NCBI GenBank assembly: GCA_965644315.1
Contig: CBFFRQ010000042.1
Location: 434,001-498,000 of the forward strand
DNA: 64,000 bases
Reading direction: 5' to 3'
Source: Caecitellus pseudoparvulus
Taxonomy: Eukaryota > Protista > Bigyra: Bicosoecida
Made by a program: the position numbers and the translations under genes. Below are positions 48,772 through 61,791 of this stretch, piece after piece; the stretch's first letter is position 1; each line of letters begins with the position of its first letter. The notes under the pieces were generated by a model that searched no databases, was not told the origin of the DNA, and saw only the letters and a list, made by a program, of their open reading frames with translations.

Positions 48772-50383
48772 ATGGCGGCGCCTTCGCCGTCGCAGGCAAG
48801 CGCTGCGAGGCAGGCACAGCTGCCAGCACTGATGAAGAATGCCATGCGATACGGAAATCTTGTGCTTGGGCCGCTCCTTGTTGTGGTCGCGCTGGTCCTC
48901 TTTGGCCTGTGTACATATGGCAGCTTCGTTGCCACGGCGCCGGTTGTTGTTACGGTGTGGTCTTGGCAGGTGCGTTTGGGCGGCATTGATGCCAGTGCAT
49001 TCGCCAGGGCATCCACACAGGCATTTATCACGGCTTCGCAGTGGTGGTTACTTGTGCTGATTGGGCTGGGCATGCTGTCGAACGCGCTGTTCAACTACTT
49101 CGCCTGCCTGTTGACCCCTCCTGTGGGTACTGCGCACGCCCCCACACTGCAGCCGTGAACTCAAGCGAACCTCCACCACATCGATGTACTACACAGGGGT
49201 GCCCTAGCTTGGTGGTCACTGCCAGTGGAGGTGCAGGGTTGGCTTCCGGTACAGCCCAAAGCCCGCCCCAGCAGCCAGCCACTTGCAGGAAGTGTGGACA
49301 CTTCAAGCCCAAGCGTGCCCACCATGACAGCGTCTCCGACCAGTGTGTCATGCGTTTTGACCACTACTGCCCTTGGTTGTTCAACGCGATCGGTTTCAAG
49401 TGCGTGGGCTTGGATGCCATGTGGTTCGTGGAGCAAACCCAACACCGGTCTCTCGCCCTCCTCCTGTTCGCAGCAACTACAAATACTTCTATCTTTTCTT
49501 GATGTGGCTGTGGGCAGTATGTGTATTCTGTTCGGCACTGGCAGCCCCGGCATTCCTTTTGCGGGTGTACGCCTTGTCTTCCAAGGCACACACCATATAC
49601 CCTGAGGATGGTGGGGCAGGGTCATCTGGCGTTGAGGCAGGCGCCATTCTGCCTTGGGTATCTCGCAAGGCTGCTGCCAGGTTGTCGTTGTTTTGTTTTG
49701 TCATTCCTCTGGCAGTTGGCTTGGCAGTCGGCTTGCTGCTGGCCTGGCACACGTTCTTAATCGCCACCAATCAAACCACGGTTGAATGGTACGCGAACGC
49801 CACCAAGTCGCAGTCTGCCGCTTCCAGCCGGCAACGTCTACATGCACAGCTCCAGGACACCCACGAGTTCAACCTGGGCTTGGCGACAAACTGGTCCCTA
49901 GTCTTCGGTGTCAAGCCCTGGGACCTCCGTTGGCTGCTTCCGTCCATGGCACCGCCACCCGGGAATGGCGTGGAGTACCCCACTGCGCAAGAACCAAGCC
50001 TCTTGCGGCACCAGCTAGGTGCTTGGAACAAAGCATACGGTACCAGTCTTGCAGCGTACATTTATGGCATTCCACGTGAAGCTGGGACCTCGGCCACGCG
50101 CGACAGGGTAGGCCCAGTGGACGAAGAGTCTCAGCCGCTTGTGGCAGCCGAAGCAGGTACAGTGCACCATCGCCTGCACGGTGAATCAAGGGAAGTGGAA
50201 ACTGCAGACTTGCTTTGGGGGGCGGCGTTGCCTTTGCCCCCTGTCGCGTACCAGCTTACAGAGCACGCGGCCAATGCGGGGTACACTCGCCTCGCGGCAC
50301 CCTCCCTTGCCTTTTCACGTTTGTACTGCAAGCAAGTGGGCTGCAAGGCAGTGAAGGCTGGTCGCAGCTCGGCGCATCCCTAA
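48772..50383 (+). CDS. DHHC-family protein S-acyltransferase, DHYC variant
   Basis: Contains TM helices, TPP-G (intron 49123-49196), CRKC...KPKRAHH...DHYCPW..N.IGF-NNYKYF (intron 49400-49473), TNQTTVE and FNLG...NW..VFG. Confidence 0.9.
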
Positions 50384-50677
50384 ATTGGGTAGAGGGATGC
50401 GGAATTGACTCTTGGTGGCGCTCCATGCCCTGCTTTGGTCAGCGTACACCAATTCACAAAGCAACCAATTCGTTCGTACCCCCGGTATCAACTTGGCGAG
50501 AACAGTTCAGCAGACCTTGCTTCTGGGCAGTCTCCGCCAGGCGTGGCACGCTTGAGCTAGCGGCCGGCCAGCGCCAATCAAGACCACGCGCCATTCGTCT
50601 CTCGGCGTGCGCAGACGCTTGGTCAGAGTCACGCAGCCCAACAAGGGTTCGCGGACTTCTCAAACTTTAGAGCAGCC

Positions 50678-53600
50678 ATGGCATCAAAGCGTGGCGCGCC
50701 GGCGCCATCTGACAATGGTGTCAAGGCGCTGGTGACATCTATTCGAAAACGCAAGAACTTCAGGCAGATGGCGAGCTACTCAGTGCAGTGCCTGGTGAAG
50801 CTCATAACGCCCCCGGCAGTTGGATGGGAGGACAACTTGAAAGTGGCTTTCGATGCTGGTATGTGTCGTTCCTGGTGGCGTGTCCTTGCCGTTGGCTGAA
50901 AGCGTGGTGTGACTCTCGCACTTCCACCACGCCAACTCAACTGGTACAATGCCCCTGCTCTGAGCATTCACAAACCAACGCCCCCCACAGGTGCTTTGGA
51001 TGCCATTACTGCTGTGCTGGATCAGCATGCTGGGGACAGTGCCATCATGGCTGCTGCAACGCAGAGCCTTCGGAGCATGGCAACTGTGCCCCAGTACGCT
51101 GCAGCGATCGTGAAGTCAGGCTGCATGATGTCCTTGATGGAGAGTGTTGCAGCAAATCCGACAGCGGAGAGTGTTCCTGATGTTCTTGGAGTGTTCTCCA
51201 ATGTGTCACTCCATGCACCGGAGCTGTTGTTGGAAGCTGGTGCTGTGGATGTTTGCGCCAAGCTCATCGAGGCAACGGTGGGCTCTCCAGCCGCAGGGTC
51301 TGTCACCGCCGCGTGTGTACGGGTGTTGGAGCGCCTGAATCGCGTTCCAGGTGCCTCGCTTTTGGTGCAAGCGAGCGGGATTGTGCCGACCCTGCTTTCC
51401 AGCCTCGCGACTGAACCCAGTGGAGGTGACACTGAGGGCGACGTTGCCGAGCCGATCCTCAGGCTGCTGGACCGCATGTGCCGGGACCCGACACTCGCTA
51501 CCTACGTACGGGATGAGTGCCACGGACTTCCACAAATATCTGCGGCCCTAGCGAGCATCAAAGGCTCGGAGGCAGCCCACCGCATCGGTGGACGTCTCCT
51601 GACGAAGTTGGCTGCGGGCAACATTGCAGAGCTCGTGCGGCAGCTGAAGGACACCAGTGATGTGGCTGAAAGCGAGTACCTGTCAAAGCTTTTGGCCAAC
51701 TTGGCCATGGAAGACGAAACAGCAGAGAAAATTGTCGCTTCGGGTGGCACGGCGGCCCTGGTGCGTTGCCTGGCAGTGCCAGCGACTTCCGTGGTTGCAG
51801 CTTGCGCAACTTGCATTGAGCGAGTGGCAAAGACGTCAGCGGACAACGTTGCTCACTTGGCAGCTGAGGGTGCGCTCCCTTCGCTGCTTGATGCTCTCAA
51901 GGCCAAAACCTGCGATGCCACAGTGGCGTCCAGTGCCCTGCAGGCCATCGTCACACTGCTTCGCGGGGATTTGGATGGCGCTCAACTTGCAGACCTGATC
52001 GCGTCTGACGGGGACCAGTGCATTCTGACAGTGCTGAAGCAGCACCAAGACGCGGAAAGTGCTGTTGCTGCTGGTTTGAGCCTGCTCGATGCAATGGCAA
52101 TCGCCGACTTTGACTTGGGCAAGTTGCTGGAGCATGAGTTGCTCGAGCTCGTGCTGGAGTGCGCAGCCAAGCACGTGCGCAGTGAGCGCGTGCAGGTAGC
52201 TGCGACCCGGGTATTCAACTACCTCTGCTGCAACGAGGACAACGCGGAGGGTCTTCATGCACTGGGCGCGGGGGAACATGTGCTGGCTTTGCTGGACGAG
52301 GGTGCCTCCACAGAGCTCGCGGGCTCCTGTCTGCACCTGCTCGCGTCCCTCGCGCTTCTCCCGCAGACGAGAAGGACCATGCAGGGCGAAGCGAGCATGG
52401 CAAGCATACTGAAGACCATGTCTGCTTGCAGTGAGGATGCCGCAATCTTGCAAGAGGGTCGCACGCTGCTGTCCCTGCTAGCTGACGAGGGTGTTGTCAG
52501 CCGGGTACTGGCTTCCCTGCCGCGGCTGACAGCCGCGGCCACACGCTCTGGTGGATCAGAAACTGCCTCTGTTGCGCTCACTACCGCCTTTCAGCAACTG
52601 TCAGCCTTTGCCTTGGTGCCTGACCACACGCACTTGATCGTGGGGGACGGCAGCGGTGCCGTGTCGGCGGTGGCTGAGAGCCTGCAACAAGTATCCAGCA
52701 CCAAACGCATGCTGGGCCGAAGCAAAGCCGTGGAAGCTGCCTGTCAGGGCCTATCTGTCATTGCCAAGAGTGTCATTGAGGACAGGGAGGCGTTCGCTGC
52801 AGCGACGTTGGGATCTGGGGCCTTGCAGGCCACTGCGGCCGCAGTGAAGGCACACCCCAAAGACAAGGCAGGGGTCAGTGCCGCCATGCGCTTCATTGAA
52901 ATTGCCACCGACGATGTTAGCATTGCATCTGCCTTCAGGGAGAATGGTGGCATCGACACCTGCGTGAACTGCCTACGAGTGCATCCAGTGGACTGTGCCT
53001 GCGTGCTTCCATGTCTCCGCTCCCTGTTGAAGTTTGCTGGCACAGAGGAGGGCTGCCTTGCGGTTGCGAGGCAAGGAGGCACCAGGCAGGTGCTGGCAAC
53101 TCTAAAGGCCAACCAGCCGGAGCCTGACTCCCCCCTTCGCCGAAGATGTATTGAGCTATGCCTGGCGATCATTCAGCGAGTTGCAGAGCTGCCGGAGGGC
53201 GGCGAGCTTCTCATGAAGCAAGGGAGCCTAGACGTGGTGTTGGATGCTGCTGGCGGGCTTGGCACAGACTCTGCAGCAGCTCGAGCAGCCAGCCGTGCTC
53301 TCTCGCACTTACTTGATGGAGAAGACGTTCGGCGCGCAGTCGAGGCTTCAGAGGCCATGGCAGCATCGGCGGCGCGCAACATCAAACATGCCGAGGGCGC
53401 GACCCAGCTGCTACAGGGCATTCGCAGGCTTGGGCACATGTCCACCGTTCCAGAACACTGTGACAGCATCGTCAAATCAGGCGGTGTCAGTCACATTGCC
53501 GGCATCCTGGAGGTGGCACTGCACAAGTGTGACGACAAAGCAGTCCAGAACGAGGTGGTGGAGGGTGCCATGGCAGCGCTGGCCAACCTCGCCATGGGTT

Positions 53601-56600
53601 CCCCTGCCGTGGACATTTCTGCGGTGGCCCCTTTGCTCTCACAGTGTCTCACATCTGACGTGGGGTGTTCAGAAACGCTTCGGGCGCTACATTGCCTGGC
53701 GACCAATCCTGAGACTGCTGCGGCACTGGCAGCAGACACCGAGCTGTTGCAAGGCATGCTGGAGGCGCTCAAAACCCACAACCGCGACACAAAGACAACA
53801 CTGGCAGGCTTCAAAGCACTTGCCACTTTGGGCAAGTCTCCAGCAGGTGCTGCTGCGGTATGCATGATGGGTGGTCTAAAGCGCATCGTGGAGTGGGCAG
53901 ACGAGAACAGTGACGAGGCGAGCGCGACCGAGCTGGCTGTGGCGCTCTCCAGCGCGGCCTCTTTGTGCCAAGCTCCAGAATCCGCGCTGAGCCTGTGTCA
54001 GGATGGGATGCTCGAGGTGATAAAGAACAGCCTGCCCAAGTTTTGTTCGCTGGGTCCATCCGCGTCTCAGCTGAAGAAACAGAGCGCCTGCAAGCTCTGT
54101 TGCGCCTGTGCCAAGCTCCTGAGCAAGGCCCTACTGCATGGAGACGAAGTGGTGGTGCAGGCTGCAGTCGACACTGGTGTCCTGAGGAAGGTTCTCAAGT
54201 TTGCTACATCGAACCAAGCCCTGGTCGAGGATGACGCGTGCGCCGAGGAGCTGCTCCAGATGCTGCACGCTGCCTGCGGGCATACCCTGGCCAGTGCTGA
54301 CATTGCCAGCAATGGGGCGATCGCGGCGGTGCTCGGCATCATGGACTGCCACGGAAATTCCCCGTCTACTCTGGAGCTTGCATCTCAAGTGCTGCACTCT
54401 CTGGGCATGGGGAGTGGAGCAGGCCAGGTGGCAGTGGACGAGTTGAACAAGCTGTGCAAAGCACTGGAGGCGGCAGAGACGATCTCCGACGCGATGATTC
54501 AGGAGCTGGCACAGGGTGTCAAGTCCCTGTCAAACTTGATGATGCTGGACGGGGTAGTTACAGAGGAGAATGCGGCGGGCATCCTGGCTTCTTTGTCGGA
54601 CGCCGTCGCCCTGCTGGCCGAGACTGGAAGCGGCGAGGCCTCTGCCCTGATCGCAGGAGTGCAGAGCATTGGCAGACTCGCAGCCATAGTGCCGAGCACC
54701 CCTACATGCGACGCTATTGAGTACGTGTATGATACGTGGACTCTTCACAGTCATAACAAGGCGCTGGCATGCGCCTCCATTGCAGCGATGGGATCCCTGG
54801 CCGCCAGCCCTGCGGCTGCCCTGCTCATGTCAGACCTGGGGGCCCTAGAGAAGATGCTGGCCACTGGGAAACAGTATGGTGACGACACAAACCTGCAAGA
54901 TCTCATCTCAACAGCTATGCAGAAGGTCATGGACATCTTCACTGCAAACAGCTCGTGGCTGGCAGGGGAGCCTGGGGGCGGGCGAGCCCTGGCCCACGGG
55001 CTCAAGTGGGCAGCTGCAGACAAGTCCCGGCTTGAAGGTGCTGTGGCGGCGGTGCAAGGTGCCCCCAGCGGAGCTGAGGCTCTTTGGGCGGCAATCCCTG
55101 CGCTAGCAGCTGATTCCCGCCTGGACGTCTTGGAGCCCATCATGAGAAGTCTCCGGAACAAGGATGAGGCTGCCTCGGCAAAGGGGATCCGTGCCGCGTG
55201 CTCTGAAGCACGCGTGGAGATCCTCCTGGAAGCGCTCAAGAAGTCACTACACATTCAAAGTGATGCCCATGCCTCGGAGTCGACCAAGGCACTCGCCCTT
55301 GCTCAGGCTGATGATGCCATGACACTGCTGGCATGCACAAACTTCGACGCGGACGGAGCGTTCGTTGCTGGCGAAGACGGCCTTGTGCCTGCATTTATGA
55401 GCCTCCTTGGCCCCAGCCAAGCAGATTCAGAGAGTGTTGCACTTATCTTGTCCACGTTCCGGAATGTGGTGGAGGCAGAAGGCACTGCTGTGCTCCAGCA
55501 GCTGGGGGAGGAAGAGAATATGCAAGTGCTTGAAAGCGTTCTTGCCATGTATGTTGAGCAGCCAGGGCACGAAGACATAACAGGTGATGTACTCGCCCTC
55601 ATGGCTGCTTCGCTTGCCCAGACAGGCTTGGAAGAGAGCACCATCTCGCGGGGCGGCTTCCGCTCCGTGCGCCAAGTGGAAAGCCAGGAAAAGGAAAAGG
55701 GGGGCGCTTTGCATGAGCAGGCGAGTCGCCTGGTGGAGACCCTTGGCGAGAAGTACGACGATGCCACGGCACAAGCCATGAGTCTGGTGCTTGGTCAAGC
55801 CCAAAGCAGCGTGGAGCAGCTTGAGTTTTCTCTGGACGACTCTGGTGGGATCTCTGCAGAGCAAGTCACCATCATGCACGATGCCATGCAGGCCGTACGC
55901 ATGACCGCAGATGAGCTGCCCGCCGATAACATCGTTCGGGCAGATGCTCCGATGCTTGGGCAAGTTGTGCGATGCTTGCATGCAGGAGCAAAGGTGGCGA
56001 ACACTTTGGTCGTTGCGAACGCAGCGCACGTGCTGCGCAAGCTGGCGACGATGGCGGAAAACTGCATGGAAATTGCCCGTCAAGGCGGCATTGACGCCGT
56101 CATCGCAGCAGTTCGAGAGAACCCACATCATAAGGAGCTATTAAACTTGCTGTTGGACCTCATCGAGCGCATTTCGCGGCATGACGAGTTCAAAGCAGCG
56201 GTTGCGGCGAAGGGGGGTGTGGACATCATCATCAACATCGGCATCGGCTTCAACGTGGAGAACCCGAAAATCGCCGTGAAATGCTTGTCCACCCTTGCAA
56301 ACCTCGCGTTCAACTCCCCCGCCAATATCGCGCTCATCATGCAGTTGGATGGCGTGCGTGCTGTGGAGCGGGCCATGCAAGCTCACCCCTCCCACCGCCG
56401 TCTACTCGAAAACGCCATGTGCACACTGAGCAACCTCATGTTCGGCAGTGATGAGAACAAGCTCGTTATTGGGCAAACCTGTGGTGACGAGGTGACACAC
56501 GTTATTCGCATGCATCACACGGATGCCAACCTGTTCAAGATGGCGCTGCGCGCCCTGGGCAACTTGGCGTACTGCGACGAGAACATTCGCTTTGTGGTCG

Positions 56601-58183
56601 TGGAGCACAAAGCGACGGAGGTCATTGTGCAAGGCATGGACGATCACGCTGCGGACGAGGAGGCGCTGCAGCTTGCCATGGAGGTGCTGGGGAACTTCGC
56701 CTCCTTGGAGGAGGAGCCAGGGGAGGCACCCGGGTGGACCAGCATCTCGCAGACAATGCTGCTGCATGGAGGCCCCCAGGCGGTTGTGCGCTTTATGAAC
56801 AAACTGCGCATGAACACGACCATCCTCAAGTCAGGCGTAGACGCCTTGAGCAATGTCGCCAACGACGGCGCAGTGGCAGACGTACTTACAAGGGAGCATA
56901 ACCTGATCAGCACCGTCACGGACATTGTTCGCATGCACGACTGGGACGAAGAGCTCATCCAGCACGCCCTTCCTCTACTTGCAACGCTGACGTACACCAA
57001 GGAAGCGGTTACGCAGCTTGCCACGGAAGGGGGGCTGCCCCTTGTTCAGGACGCCCTGGAGCAGCAACTTGCTCTGCTCAAGGAGCAAGAGGCCGACGTG
57101 CTGACTCCACGGGAAGAGCTAGCGCTGCGGGTCGAAATGACTGAGGCTGCCGTGTCGTCTGCCATGGTTGCCATCACCAACTTGGCAGCTGTTCCTGCGG
57201 GGAGGCAGTCCCTTCGAGACACCAACGGGGTCCGTGCAATGTTGAAGCGACTGCAGCAGCACCAGCAGCGCACAGTGTTTGTGCAGGAGGCCTTGTTGAT
57301 GCTGACGCGGTGCAGCTCTGATGACGAAATCGCCCAAGAAATTGCGCAGCTTGGTATGCACGTCATCATGCAGACCATCGACCAGAACATGCACAGCTCA
57401 GAGATTCTCACGGCAGCCTTTCGCCTGTTGGGGCACTTGGCATTCGTTGAAGAGAACTTGAGCACAATCGTGCAGCACGATGGCATCCAGAAGATTGTGG
57501 CGGCCATTGCCCAGCACGCTGACGCGAGAGACTTGATGATGCGCTCCATCCAGACGCTGGACAACATTGCCATGGCAAACAAGGAGTACGCTCGCCTGGT
57601 CATCGAGGAAAACGGTCGCGATCTCATTGAGATGATTCTTGAGGCATTTGCTGATGATGAAGAGATCGTGCAGTACGGCAAGAGTGCGCTGCTGTCCATC
57701 AACTCCCTTGACAGGCTCGCTCAGTCCGAGGAAGCTGAACGCAAGGCAGCCCTGGCAGCCGCAGAAGCTCGTGCGAAGGCAAGCGCCAGCAGGCCAGATC
57801 CCTTGCGTGATGTGCGCCACTTTCTCTCAGCGGGCCAGGTGGTGTCCGTATGGACGAAAGGCACGAGCAAGCCAGCTCACATGCTCATTAGTGCGGATTT
57901 TCGGTCCATTGTCTGGCAAGAGCCGTCGGGCGCTAAGAAGAAGCTTGGGGCGCTGGACCTGGGCTCTGTTTTGGATGTGCAGCCGGAGGCGGGAAAAGGC
58001 CACAATATCAAACGGTCAGCGTTCAGGAAGGCAGCAAATCCTGAGTGTTGCTTTACAGTGCAGGGAGAGCGCAGCCAGCTGTGCGTTGAGACAAACATTC
58101 CACCCGATGTGATGACATGGGTTGAGTCACTGCACGCCCTTCTGAAGGTGTTTCGCACAGACAAATCCCTCCTGGTGCGCTGA
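50678..58183 (+). CDS. Giant armadillo-repeat protein (~2457 aa) with C-terminal PH domain; GAC-like architecture
   Basis: Exon 50678-50858 joins exon 50991-58183 in phase. ARM-type repeats run throughout (e.g. IARQGGIDAVIAAV, LSTLANLA, ALRALGNLA). A terminal PH-like domain reads LSAGQVVSVW...SIVWQ...CCFTV...WVESLHALL. Confidence 0.8.
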
Positions 58184-58606
58184 GGCTGTGGTGCTTGAAT
58201 CCAGTGAGGCAGAGCCACCCGACGGCGTGCAAGAAATACATGATGAAAAGCAAAACCCAAGCTTTCCCGCAATCCCAAGGCCTGAAGCAGGGAATCCACC
58301 CTGTCGGACTTCAACGTCTCTCCCCGTCCTTGCTCGCCCTGCGAAGCACGGAGCAGTCGTGCGGGGAGTTGCAAGCCAGCCGCGCTTGTTCCACATTCAC
58401 GCCACGGCTGTGAGGGTGGCTGCCCAAGCGTAGTGCGCAAGCTAGCAAAGGTGAGTGCAAGTGGTAGCGAGTGCCTACACTTTTGAGGGCGCGCATGGCG
58501 GGTTGGTGCATGGGGCGCTTGGGAGGCACTTGCACGCGTTTCGCGTGCGTTTCATGTCATCACACGAGCCTTCGCTTGGCTGTGGGCTTCGCAGGCAACA
58601 AAAGGC

Positions 58607-61600
58607 ATGGGCGTTCCGGCGTTTTTCAGATGGCTGAAGGAAAAGTACCCCAAGGTGCTTGTGCGAGCTGTCGAGGCGCAGGCCGTAAAGGCGGACGGAG
58701 TGCAGGTGCCGGTGGACATCACGAAGGCGAACCCGAATGGAGTGGAGTTTGACAACTTGTACCTGGACATGAATGGGTACGCATGATCAACTTTGCTGCA
58801 GCATGCTTGAGCATTGGAAGCAGCACTCAACATGCACGCCTGCCTCGCCGTCACAGCATCATTCACCCGTGCGTGCACCCTGAAGATCGCCCTGCTCCCG
58901 AGACGGAGGAGGACATGTTTGCCGCTGTGTGCGAGTATGTGGAGCATTTGGTCAGCGTCATTCGTCCTCGCCGGGTATTGTATCTTGGCATCGATGGCGT
59001 GGCCCCCCGAGCCAAGATGAACCAGCAGCGCAGTCGGCGATTCAAGACAGCCAAGGAAATTGAAGAGCACCAAGCAATCAAAGAGCGCGTGAGGCAGCAT
59101 GCGTTGTCCATGGGCAAGTCAGTGCCTCCAGCGTCCAAGGCGCGTTTTGACCACAATGTGATCACCCCCGGCACGCCATTCATGGATCGTCTGGCTGAGT
59201 ACCTGAACATCTTCGTCATGCACAAGCAAAACACCTGTGCCGCGTGGCGGGCTCTCACTGTCATCCTGTCCGCAGCAGATGCCCCAGGGGAGGGAGAGCA
59301 CAAGATCATGGACTTTATCCGCCGTGAACGGCAAGCTGAAGGGTACGACCCCAACACGCGGCACGTGCTGCACGGCTTGGACGCAGACCTCATCATGCTG
59401 GGCTTGGCAACGCACGAAGTGCACTTCACCATTCTCCGAGAGGAGGTGCTGACGCCTCGAGAGGCCAAGCGCAAGGCATCACGGGGCCAAACTGTCGATG
59501 ATGGCGCACACAAGCCACTGTTCATGCTGCACATTGCCACGCTCCGAGAGTACTTGGATGCGGAGTTCGCATCAGTGGCCTCACGGCTGCCGTTTCCGTA
59601 TGACCTAGAGCGCGTCATTGACGACTTTGTATTCTTGTGTTTCTTCGTGGGGAACGACTTCCTGCCGCACTTGCCCAGCCTAGACATCCGGGAGGGGGCA
59701 GTGGACCTGCTCATCAACTTGTACAAGCAGGTGCTGCCGTCTCTTGGAGGGTACCTCACACACGAAGGTGACGTAAATCTGGCCCTTGTGGATGTGCTTC
59801 TGCAGCGCTTGGGGCTGCTGGAAGACACCATTTTTCGTCAGCGTAAGTCTTCAGAGGACAGATCAGCACGTTGGCGAGAGGCCCGTGATCGAGAACTGAA
59901 GGCCAAGGAAGCTGCGGCTGCTGCGGAGGTCCAAGCCGCGGCTGGCGCTGGTGCAAGCACCACCGGTGCATCATCAAATCAAAGTGCTGCCGCTGCTCTG
60001 CGAGCAGGTCTGCGAGGCACGAAGCGTGGCCGTCCCAAGGGCGAGAGCAGCAGCCAAGCAGCGCCTGCCCGCCCGGCGAAGGCTGAGCGAGGGGCCGACG
60101 CCGAGGATGTCGGTGCTGCGGGTCCAGCGGTAGATGGCGAGGTGCGAGCATCTCCCCTGCCGTCCCCCACTTCGGACGATGGGGACACGCCCCTGCCCAC
60201 GCCCAAGGTTCTGACTGCAGAGGAACGCACCCAAGCACATGAGGAGTTCAGCGAGGTTGTGAAGCAGGAGATCAAGCAGGCTTCCATCGACGAGAGCGTT
60301 GTAGACGAGGTGCGCTTGGGGGAGGTGGGGTGGAAGGACCGGTACTACATGTCCAAGCTGGGGCAGGAGCGGGGCAGCAGCCCCACTGCGCGGCGGGAGC
60401 TGGTGAAGGAGTACGTCACTGGACTGCAGTGGGTTTTCGCGTATTACTACAAGGGCGTCCCATCCTGGAAGTGGTACTACCCCGAGCACTACGCACCCTT
60501 TGCATCTGACCTGGTGGACGTGGCGCAGTTCAAGGCCAGCTTCACGTTGGGCTCCCCATTCACGCCGCTGCAGCAGCTGATGGGGGTGCTGCCGCCATAC
60601 TCGGCCCACGCTCTTCCCCCCGCTTGCGCGGCGCTCATGAAGGATCCCAAGTCCTCAGTCGCCAAGTACTACCCAACTGACTTTGCCATGGACCCCAACG
60701 GAAAAAAGATGACGTGGCAGTGGCTGGTGCTGCTGCCCTTCATCAAGGAGAGCGAGCTGGTGAAAGCTCTGGACAGTGTCAGCGACACGTTCACGGAGGA
60801 AGAAAAGCGGCGCAACACACTTGGCAACGACATGATCTTCGTGCACAGTCAGACGGTCCTTGGCAAGCTGTTGCAGCCACTGCTGCCTGCAGATCAAGGG
60901 GGTGCGGGGAAGAAGCTCGTGCGTTGGACTCCAACGCAGGTGGACGCCGGCGGCCGCGCAGTGGCTGGTGCAGCCATGGCCAAGGCGGGGGCGTCTGGCA
61001 CAGTGGGACTGGGGCAGCCGGTTCAGACGACGGTGACCCGGCGCTTCCCTCGCATCAGCAGCAACGCCGTGTTACGCCTGATGTTCCTGAACCCCCCACA
61101 CAAGCGACACATTTGCCGTTTGCTGAAGGGGGCAGTGCCTGCGCCCCGCACGCTGCATTCCCTGGACCTGCAGATCCGTACGCCCAGACTGAACCGCGGC
61201 ATGAACATTGCTGAGCTGGCCTTCGGTGGGGGTGGGGGTGGTCGAGGAGGTGGGAGAGGGTTTGGTCGCGGCCGTGGTCGAGGTGGGCTGCTGGGGACAA
61301 TGCCGGGGCGTGGCCCCCGTGGTGGGAGTGCCCTAGCGACGATGGGGGTCGCCATGCACCAGCGCGGCGGACACGAGGCTTCGCACCACCGCTTTAATGC
61401 CCACACGGGTTACGCAGATGATCGCTTTGTTCGAGGGCCGGGGGGGCACTTCACGCCAGTACAGCACCAGCCACAAGGCGGGCACCACAGAGGCGGTGGA
61501 TACCAGCGCAGGTATGTAGGGGGGCCACAGCAGGCCATGCCGCGGCCACAGCACCCATGGCCCCAAGGCATGCCCAGACCCCAGCACACAGTGTTTCCAA

Positions 61601-61686
61601 GAGGTGCTGGGCCGCCCGCCCCCATGCCACGCGGGCCAGCGGGACACACGGGGGGGGGCTACACCAGGAGAGCCTACGGAAGGTGA
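58607..61686 (+). CDS. XRN2: 5'-3' exoribonuclease 2 (Rat1)
   Basis: Contains [25 protein letters not shown] (intron 58777-58856), [41 protein letters not shown] and SWKWYYP.HYAPF, with an RGG tail. Confidence 0.95.
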
Positions 61687-61724
61687 GGCCAGTGTCGCCC
61701 ACTGGTGCATAATCCACACTCGTA

Positions 61725-61730
61725 AATGCA
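61725..61730 (+). promoter_or_regulatory. Representative copy of the AATGCA candidate polyadenylation signal (all copies listed in findings)
   Basis: It lies about 39 nt after the XRN2 stop. The same hexamer follows about 13 stop codons in sense orientation. Confidence 0.5.
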
Positions 61731-61791
61731 ACCTTGCGTAGAACACAGGGAGTGCACGCGCATCCTGAGGTCGGCACTGTGCGAGATCAAG

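Noticed and set aside
49156-49158. In-frame TGA in the DHHC gene as selenocysteine or recoding
   Set aside because: It lies within the inferred intron 49123-49196.
30000-58500. Apparently lower GC and weaker codon bias as a sign of a horizontally acquired island
   Set aside because: This was not quantified. The genes are eukaryotic with the same intron style, and no mobile-element or boundary repeats were seen. Lower expression would explain it.
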